From Tubulanus polymorphus (Eukaryota; Animalia; Nemertea): a stretch of 64,000 bases of DNA. A program made the position numbers and the translations under genes. The stretch is from assembly GCF_964204645.1 (NCBI RefSeq), contig NC_134034.1, positions 10,924,962-10,988,961 on the forward strand, in the 5' to 3' direction. Numbering within the stretch: position 1 is the stretch's first letter; the number at the start of each line of letters is the position of its first letter. The notes under the pieces were generated by a model that searched no databases, had not been told where the DNA came from, and was given only the letters and a program-made list of their open reading frames with translations. Of this stretch, positions 10,778 to 27,500 are shown piece by piece.

Positions 10778-13700
10778 TTAGTAGTGCTCGACCCGTAGTA
10801 GGAAATGCTTTTCTTGCCAGTGTTTATCGAGACGTAATTTGAAAGCATTTGTAGATGGAGCATTCACTATATCTTCCGTGAGCGAGTTCCAGTTGTTCAC
10901 CACTCTGTGCCGGAAGAAGTATTTCCTGATATCCTTCTTAGCTCTCTGTTTTTGGATCTTCAGAGAGTGTCCTCTTAGATTCACTCTTCGTTGATCTCGT
11001 GGCACTAAGGAGTCTCCAGCGCGGTAGTTGTTATGAACCAGATTGTAGACAGTTATCATATCTCCTCTTGCTCTTCGATAGCTCAACGATGGAAGCTTTA
11101 GTTGTTTTAGTCTTTCGTGGTATGGTAAATCGTACAGATGTGGTACTAATTTGGTTGCTCGTCGCTGAATTTTTTCGTAATTGTCTACATCTTTTAGTAG
11201 GTGTGGGTTGTATGCGGGGATAGCATACTCCACAATTGGTCTTACTAATGCTTTGTAGACAAGACTGAATGTTCTTTCATCTAAACGTTCAAATGATCTT
11301 TTGATCATTCCTAGGATCTTGTTACATTTATTCATTGTCGTGGAGTACTGTGCCTGAAAGGTGAGATTATCATCAACAATTATTCCCAAATCTTTCTCCT
11401 CTGGGACCGCCTTCAATTCGTGTCTTCTGTTTCCTGCATCCATAGTATACTGAAAATGTTGTCTATTTTTTCCTATGTGCATCACCACGCATTTGTCTGG
11501 GTGAAAAGTCATTTGCCACTTCTTTGCCCAGTCTGATAGTTTGTCCAGATCCTCCTGAAGTCTGTGTTGATCTTGGATGCTGTGTACGATTCTATAAATT
11601 TTTGTATCGTCAGCATACATGAGAATATAACTTTGAATTTCATCAGGGAGGTCGTTGATGTAAATGGCAAACAATAAAGGACCCAGCACGCTGCCCTGCG
11701 GTACACCACTTATCACTGGTTTAGATGTGGATGTCGCACCATTTATATTAACCACTTGGTTCCTTTCACTTAGGAAGTCTTCAATCCATTTCAAGGCTTT
11801 ACCTGTGATACCACAATTTTCAATTTTCTTTAGAAGTCGTTTGTGGGGCACTGTGTCAAACGCTTTTTGAAAGTCCAAAAAAATTACGTCAATGGATTTT
11901 TTTATTTCTAGGGCTTGTGTCCAATCATCCATTGATTTCAGTAATTGTGTGAGCGTAGATCTACCCTGTACGAATCCATGTTGGGCATCTGTTAAAACTC
12001 CATTAGTAATTAGGTGACTCATGATGTTATCTCTTACAATGGATTCCAGGACTTTACATACAATACTAGTCAGGCTAATTGGTCTATAATTCTCCACAAT
12101 ATTTTTTGGGCCCTTCTTGTGGATAGGCGTTACATTAGCTTCTTTCCATGATGTAGGTAATTTTTCTTCTTCTAAGGTTTTCCTGAAGAGAATGCTCAGT
12201 GGTTCTGCGAGCTCGTCTGCTGCTTCCTTCAAAATTTTCGGATGCAATAAGTCAGGTCCCATGCTTTTATTTTCATTCAGACCTTTCAGCTTGTTTGCAA
12301 TCAGTACGGGAGTGATCTCAATGTCATGTATTTCAGGAATTTCATTTATTTGTGCATTGGGTTCTGGTATGTGTGAGGTATCCTCTTCTGTAAATACACT
12401 TGCAAAGTATTCATTGAAGGTGTTGGCCTTGGTAATGTCCTCAGAAATGGATGTGCCATTCTTTTGTAAGTCTGGTATACTTCCTTTTGGTGATGTCTTA
12501 CTGCGGCAATATCTCCAAAACGCTTTCGGATTTGTTTTTACCTCTTGGGATAGTTTCTTTTCATAGTTCTTGATTGCATTTCTTGTTTCCTTTTTTGCTA
12601 GATTCCTAGCTACTTGAAATTTCCTGTAATCTTCTCCATCTTTTGTCCTGAGATACCGCTTCCAGGCTTCGTGTTTCTTTCTAACTTTTGACATTGCTTT
12701 TCTATTCATCCATAGTGGGGAGTGCCTTTTCCATCGTGGTGCTTGATAAAGAGGAACATGTGTTCTTTCTGCTTTAAGGATATTTTCTTTAATACTTTGC
12801 CAACATGACTCCATATCCAGTTGAAGGAGGGATTCTTTTTTGAGATTGTTATTCAATTCTTTTCGTAAATTGTCGTAGTTACCACGATAGTAGTTCCGCC
12901 TTTCGGTCTTAATTGCTGTATTTCTTTCGAGTAGTATATTCAGGTTAAACATTAGACAGATGTGGTCACTTTTTCCTAGTGCAGCCATGTAATCAACCTT
13001 CTGAACTATTTCCTGGTCATTAGTGAATAGTAGATCTAGCAAACTGGGTTCCTGGTTTTCTCTAAATCTGGTTGGGTGTTTGACGTGTTGTTCGAGAAAT
13101 GCATCATTACTTGCTTCCCATAGCTTTGTGGAGACATGAGTGTCTGCTTGTCTACAGTGGTTTGTTTCCCAATTAACTTCTGGTAAATTGAAATCACCAC
13201 ATAGTACAGTTTGATATTCCTTTAAGGTTCCTAAAGATATAATCATATCTCTGAAATGGTTGTTATTCACCAGACTGCTGTTTGGGCTTCGATAGGCGCA
13301 TCCCAGGAGCAAAGGCCGTTTGTTAGAAGTATGATGAATTTCTACCCAAATTATTTCATTAGTCATTGATGCCTTCAGTCTCTCTAGAACTCGCACGGGC
13401 GGTTTACATGGTTTCATAGTAGATCGGATGAAAACGGCGATTCCTCTTCCATCTTCCTCTATATTGGTAAATGTTTCATATTCTTCACAACCATTGAACA
13501 TAACATCACTGGGGTTATATGCTAAGGTACTATATTTCGGTTTAGCTTCAGTGATGCATATAATGTCTGGATCGTGTTCGATCTTTAGGGCACTCAACTC
13601 AGGTTTTTTATTCATCATGCTATCAGCATTAGTATATAGAACTTTAATATTTTTCTCTTGGTTTCTGTAATAACAGTTGTTTGAGTTTTTATTGTATCCT

Positions 13701-13795
13701 TCATTCTTTGGTGATTCTTTTTGATTATCTTCATTTTCATATAATATACTGTCATCTGCAGGGTTATGTGTCGGTCTGCTAGATGCAACATTCAT
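10778..13795 (-). CDS. LINE ORF2: APE endonuclease and reverse transcriptase
   Basis: EN motifs (YTNA, ITE, YRSP, GDFN, SDH); RT motifs (YRPISLTS, DFQKAFD, GVPQGSVLGPLLF, YADD); CR1-type C-terminus RGH..K..FF..RV...WNSL; uninterrupted 1005 aa. Confidence 0.97.
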   Translation of the reverse strand: MNVASSRPTHNPADDSILYENEDNQKESPKNEGYNKNSNNCYYRNQEKNIKVLYTNADSMMNKKPELSALKIEHDPDIICITEAKPKYSTLAYNPSDVMFNGCEEYETFTNIEEDGRGIAVFIRSTMKPCKPPVRVLERLKASMTNEIIWVEIHHTSNKRPLLLGCAYRSPNSSLVNNNHFRDMIISLGTLKEYQTVLCGDFNLPEVNWETNHCRQADTHVSTKLWEASNDAFLEQHVKHPTRFRENQEPSLLDLLFTNDQEIVQKVDYMAALGKSDHICLMFNLNILLERNTAIKTERRNYYRGNYDNLRKELNNNLKKESLLQLDMESCWQSIKENILKAERTHVPLYQAPRWKRHSPLWMNRKAMSKVRKKHEAWKRYLRTKDGEDYRKFQVARNLAKKETRNAIKNYEKKLSQEVKTNPKAFWRYCRSKTSPKGSIPDLQKNGTSISEDITKANTFNEYFASVFTEEDTSHIPEPNAQINEIPEIHDIEITPVLIANKLKGLNENKSMGPDLLHPKILKEAADELAEPLSILFRKTLEEEKLPTSWKEANVTPIHKKGPKNIVENYRPISLTSIVCKVLESIVRDNIMSHLITNGVLTDAQHGFVQGRSTLTQLLKSMDDWTQALEIKKSIDVIFLDFQKAFDTVPHKRLLKKIENCGITGKALKWIEDFLSERNQVVNINGATSTSKPVISGVPQGSVLGPLLFAIYINDLPDEIQSYILMYADDTKIYRIVHSIQDQHRLQEDLDKLSDWAKKWQMTFHPDKCVVMHIGKNRQHFQYTMDAGNRRHELKAVPEEKDLGIIVDDNLTFQAQYSTTMNKCNKILGMIKRSFERLDERTFSLVYKALVRPIVEYAIPAYNPHLLKDVDNYEKIQRRATKLVPHLYDLPYHERLKQLKLPSLSYRRARGDMITVYNLVHNNYRAGDSLVPRDQRRVNLRGHSLKIQKQRAKKDIRKYFFRHRVVNNWNSLTEDIVNAPSTNAFKLRLDKHWQEKHFLLRVEHY

Positions 13796-14063
13796 TGACA
13801 GTTGATTATTGCGATTATTATCGAGTGATTGTTTTGGTACTAATAATTTCTTTTTCGCTGATCTATTTTGTTGATTCTTATGTTATTTGGATCTTTCGTG
13901 ATTCTTTCTCGTAATTTCAGTTGATGATTGGCTCCTATCATAATTTCCTGGTTTTTGTTGATTCGATTTGCAATTACTTTTTAACATTGATTGGTTACTT
14001 TTCAGATTTTGATCATTTTTTCTTAAAAATTTTTTTGACAGTGATTTGTCTGGTTGATTGTCC

Positions 14064-15146
14064 TTATGGTTGGTTTTGGTTTGCTTGACGAAATGCCGGC
14101 GGTAATCTACTGACTATATCATTCCCACGAATGATAAGACCTCGTTCTCCATTTTTTGTTCTTTCCTGCAGCTCTTCCCTTAATTTCTGATAGTGTTTTC
14201 TTTGGTTCATAGTTCTATCGCTGGATACAGATACCCCTGTAATAGATGGATCTCCATTTCTCCTTAATTCGATAAATCTGTTTATGATCAATTCTTTATC
14301 GAGTTCTGTAGCTAGTATTACCCGAAGTGGGCGACATTTATTTTGCTCATACCGTCCTACACGGTTCACTAATTTAGGTTTATGAAGATCTGTTAAACCT
14401 AAGCCCTGGGTGATAAATCCATAGAGATTTTGCCACTCTTTTTTACGCCTTAATTTCACCTGTTCCTCGCTTGCTTCCTGTAAGCCATATATCAGTATAT
14501 TATTTCGTCTGATTTCCGTCTCCCAAATTTCACATCGAACATCTTGGATTTCTTTGTCTATTGCTGATTTTACAGTCTCGTTTACCTCCAAGTTTCCTTG
14601 TGTAATCTGCAAGTTTACAGCTTTATTGATCATCTCATGAACTCTGTCGTCCGGGAGATTGTGATTAAGTTGCTCAATTCTATCTCTCAATTGTGTTACG
14701 TCTGATGACAAAGAAGTGACAGTTGATTTGTCCGCTTTTTCTTCCAGTTTGTTCAGTATTCTTTCCATTGATTCATCGTAGTTCTTCAGGATCTTTTCCA
14801 TCCTATCTGCGTATCTAGTGAGTCGTCCTTCATCAGTTTTTCTTCCTTTACATTCACGGCAAATTACTGCTAAGCAGCAGTCATCCATGTTTGTTAAATC
14901 AACGTCATAACCGCTTGGTAAATTTGAGCAACTAGAGCACAAACTTTTTTCACAGAAAGTACATGTTAGCGAACTTGAGAATACAATAGGCTTCTGACAT
15001 ATTGAACAATAATTGTCTTCAGTAAATTCAGTATCAGGAGTGGTGTTGGCTTTTTTAACTGGTGAAATTATAAACCGGTTATTATTTGATTTGTAAGTAC
15101 GTTTTAATCGACGTTTTTGTTCTGGTTGATTGTGAACTACCTCTGC
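14064..15146 (-). CDS. LINE ORF1: PHD-like Cys finger, coiled coil and RRM-like region (start codon unresolved)
   Basis: The frame is open upstream of the track call: CSIC..CTFC..LCSSC..CREC, then RRNNILIYGLQE and RVGRY..CRPLRV typical of CR1 ORF1. Confidence 0.85.
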   Translation of the reverse strand, partial: AEVVHNQPEQKRRLKRTYKSNNNRFIISPVKKANTTPDTEFTEDNYCSICQKPIVFSSSLTCTFCEKSLCSSCSNLPSGYDVDLTNMDDCCLAVICRECKGRKTDEGRLTRYADRMEKILKNYDESMERILNKLEEKADKSTVTSLSSDVTQLRDRIEQLNHNLPDDRVHEMINKAVNLQITQGNLEVNETVKSAIDKEIQDVRCEIWETEIRRNNILIYGLQEASEEQVKLRRKKEWQNLYGFITQGLGLTDLHKPKLVNRVGRYEQNKCRPLRVILATELDKELIINRFIELRRNGDPSITGVSVSSDRTMNQRKHYQKLREELQERTKNGERGLIIRGNDIVSRLPPAFRQANQNQP

Positions 15147-15813
15147 CTACGAATCAGGACAATTTCGGATCTATTTTTCCATGCACTGCGTAAATTTAGG
15201 AATTCAGACTCTTAATTGAATCAACAGTTTACACAGGGAAAAGTAAAAAAAGAGCCAAGGGGGTCGGAATTTATCAGTTTTCAAACTCAAAGTTAAGGGA
15301 GGCTGCAAATAAAAGTTGCAACTGCAGAACCTTCCACCGATAACCATGGTAGTGGTAAAAAGATGCTATTGGAGAGAGGGCGCCACCGTTGTGTCAACAT
15401 GTTTACGCACAGCTGTTCCGAAACTTTTTTAAAAACGGTGTTGTGAAATCGGGACTTACGGCAGCCGACCTCTCAATAGACAATTTCGCCCTCTCTCCAC
15501 CGTTGAAAATCAATGCCAGAAGTGGTAACGTCAACGTGTATACAGATACAGATGCTTGCACGTCTGCGGTGCTTGCGTGTTCAAATCCTGATTTTTGTGA
15601 TATATCTCTGCTGCTGATTTTTCCATACAGTTAATGTGCAGTGCAACAAGTCTGTTATAGCCTATCTTCCTAAAAAGTCTTTCAAAGGAAGGCCCCTTAA
15701 AAGCCTATTCCCCTATGCCTACTATTTTAAAAGTAATTTTCATTTCATTATTGAAATGTATTTTGTGATGATTGTGGCATTTTTCAGACTGATTATCAGA
15801 GATTGGTATCGAT

Positions 15814-23747
<7,934 letters not shown>

Positions 23748-24554
23748 TTCAGTGAATTCATTCAATTTATATTTGAAATATTGTTTTATGAGTTTTCGTG
23801 TCCAGAGCTGCATTTCGATGTTCCTGGATCCAATTCTGCAAATTGTGAGTTTTATTTGACTCCGAGTCAAATCTTAATTCATAAATCTAGACACCAATAC
23901 AACGATGTAATAAGGAGGGTCGGACTATTTGTGAGAAATTCTGTTTTGAAGAAGATATCTTGTCGTGTAATATGTAAATGCTCTCTATCCTGAGCCGAGT
24001 TCTACCAAGAATAAAAAGAAGCGCTAACACTTATATTTTCCTACTCGTAATCAGTATATTTTCCCTTCAAACATTACAGTGATAGATGTGTGACGAAAAT
24101 ACAGCGTAAGGAATCCAGGGATCCATTCATTTATTACATGCGCATGAAATCAGAATTTTTCGGCCATTTTTTCATATACATTAAGCATTACAGTACGTAA
24201 TTGCACTGATCCCTCCCCCCTCCCCCCTCCCCTAATGCCTGCGTGATAAATGAATGACCCCCAAAGACATAATTGTCAAATCAGTTCCACCCCGACCGAG
24301 GATAGTTCCAGAGCTAGTTCTACTGCGATAACAGTTTAATTTGAGCCAGTTTTACTCAAAATTCGGATATACATAATTTGTGTAGGAGTCGATGAAGATA
24401 AACCAGAATTAAATACAGTGGAACCTCGTTACAATGAACTTCAATGAACTAGAAACTACCTCTACAACGGACGGTGGAAGGAGTGTCAGAGAGAGAGAGA
24501 CGGAGGTTTGTGGACGGAATTCATAGTAGGTGGCGTCTGCTGCTGCGGAGATCA

Positions 24555-27500
24555 TCACGTCGTCACTTCCCACAATCCCTCCAGCGTAAATCCATCTCGT
24601 AATTTCTCGATAGCGAGACCGAGTTCCTCCGAGTAGACGGCGTCGCGATCGCGTTCTTTATTCCCGTCCGCGAAATACGCCTGTAATTATCGAAAAAACA
24701 TCGTCGTCGTTAATTATTCGACCGGCAGACGTTAGAAATTCGAATATTCGAATTTCGAAATCGATGATTCTTACGGCGAACGCGTCCGATTGGTCGTTTG
24801 TGTTTTCGATTTCGACGTCATCTTGAACCGGTTCGACGGTCATTACATCGAGATCTTGAGGCTAGAAAAATAAAAAACATCCGACCTCTTAAGAAGCGTG
24901 CGTGCACCCTCCATCGGAGAAAACGACTACAGGGTGAAATGAAGAAATCCCACACTTCGAATTAAATCATAGGATAGAATTTATTATTTTGAAACCACAA
25001 CGTTTCGGCTGTTGACTAACAGCCATCATCAGGTGGAATGATTGATAGATGATCATCATTCCACCTGATGATGGCTGTTAGTCAAAATAATAAATTCCAT
25101 CATATGATTTAATTCGAAGTGTGGGATTTTTTCATTTATCTACAGTATACACGGATTAAAGTGTTTATTCGACAACTGACTACAGGGTTCTTACAGATCG
25201 GGATAAATCTCAGAGAATTCCAGATTTAGTGAGCAAAACCCACAATTGGATATTACCAATGATACCAACAGCTTATTCGATCAGTTTTCGAAATTTTGAC
25301 TAAACTTCATCAGAGAAATGGAAATTTGTGGGTTTTGTTCATCAATTCTAAAATACTGACATCAATATCAGTCTCTACCAGTCATGAATTCCAGATTTAT
25401 TCCCAGATTTATCCAGGAATTCCAGATTTGTCCACGAAAAATCAGCGAATTCTGACACTTTTAATCATTCAAATTCAGGGGAGTCTGGGAATTTGTAGTC
25501 ATTTGTTGTTCTTGCTAGTGTTGAGTGACACAAAGAACCTCTATATAAGAAACAGCCCTCACTGAGGATATCTCCATAATATAATCAGGGAATTTTTTGC
25601 CAAAGCAAGGATTGTCTTAAATCCTAAAACCAATCTGAAGTTGTTACGGTGGATTTGTCGCTATAGAACTAAAATGATGTTAGACAGGTCTAAACCTAGT
25701 CAGTAACCTGTCTGTGGTTAAGTTTCACGATCGGATATTTTCACGTTGGTATAAGCCCATCCGATCATAAAAAGCTTACCACCAACGATTAGGTAACTAA
25801 CTAGTCTAAACCCTGACTATATGGAACGGGCGCCACCTGTCAGAACCTGCATGAACTACGAACATCAGGAATAATCGTTAAGGGTCATTCATTTATTACG
25901 TACGTATTAGGGGGAGGGGGAGGGGTCAGTGCAATTGCGTACTGTAATGCTTAATTTCTGTGAAAAGATGGCCGATTTTGCGTACAGAGGGGGAATGGGG
26001 TTGAAAAATTCAAATTTTATGCGTACGTAATAAATGAATGATCCCTTATAAGTTACGTTACTTACGGCTTCTTCGGACTCGTATTCGATGCCGAATATCG
26101 GACACGCGCTGTATACGCGATGTAAACTCTGGATCTCTTTACAAGCCTCGTGTAGTTTCTCGACCGGGTCGATTCGAAACCCGAGCACGTAACCACCGCT
26201 CTGTACGGAACTCTCTATCACTAACGCTAAACCGAACTTAGACTCGCGAACTTTCACCGATTTCTGTACGAAATGAAGAAATATTTCGATAAATTCGATC
26301 GATGAAATGTTCGTGAAATATACCGCGAGAATTGTTGAATCAGTTAAAGTAATATCGAAATATTCACGATGAAATAATAAATATGAAATGCTACGATTGT
26401 TGAAAGACTAAAAAGTTTTAAAATTTCTAAAACTCAGAATACTAGAAATATTTCGGATGGTTGCTACCACCCATCTACCAGATTAAAATGTCATTTCTTT
26501 GCCATTTTAGAATGAAGAAGGGTCGTAGGAATATCCCGAAATATTTCTAGTATCTCATACTGTTGTTTAGTCTTTCAACAATTGTGGAATTTTACAGTTG
26601 TAAGAATTGCTGATATGAAATCGCACATTAACGACTATACGCTAATAGTCATCGTCAGGAATACTGTATAAAAATGTCAGTATTCCTGAAAATGACTATT
26701 AGGATATAGTTGAAACGTCGAATAAACACACAGCACAGGAAAACAGTTTTTGAGGATGGTTATGCGAGTAGAATACTACTGACAGTTTTTGAGGATGGTT
26801 ACGCGAGGAGGATATTACCGACGGTTTTTGAGGATGGTTACGCGAGGAGGATATTACTGACAGTTTTTGAGGATGGTTACGCGAGGAGAATATTACTGAC
26901 AGTTTTTGAGGATGGTTACGCGGGGAGGATATTACCGACAGTTTTTGAGGATTGTTACGCGAGGAGGATATTACCGACAGTTTTTGAGGATGGAGGAGGA
27001 TATAACTTACAATCTGTAAATATGGAATGCTAACGTTGAAAGATTCGTTCATATTCGCGTGCCAGACAACGCGCACATTTGTCACAAAAAACGTGCCTAA
27101 ATTTCCCTGCAAAAGTAAAACAAATGTATCAAGAACCCTTTCTTAAGATTCAGAGGTTTCTTTGCTTGGACTGATTTCGTGATATTTGATTAGAAGAATA
27201 TAAAAGAAGTGAAGCAATTGTCGAGACAAGATTTCAAGTAATTCTAGGACGCTTAAAAATAATCAACTAATACAAGTAAGTAACAGTTTAATAGTCTTTC
27301 GTGCCACCAAAATTTGAAACAGTTCAGTCTGAAATAAGAAAATAATGTGATCAAACAGAAAACAGTGATCACTCACTAAACATCAAAGCATTAATTACTA
27401 CCTACAGATCAAAGACTGTAATTACTAACTTTATTGAGTGATCACTCCACATACAATCATCATGGTACTGATTAGATCAGGCAATTAGCTAATTAACAGA

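Larger units (their letters stand above)
10606..15300 (-). mobile_element. Near full-length CR1-clade non-LTR retrotransposon (5' end approximate)
   Basis: ORF1 and ORF2 on the - strand, short 3' UTR, (TACGA)n tail at ~10606-10634. Confidence 0.93.

Noticed and set aside
10999-13670. Small ORFs overlapping LINE ORF2
   Set aside because: Antisense or alternate-frame shadows with no independent support
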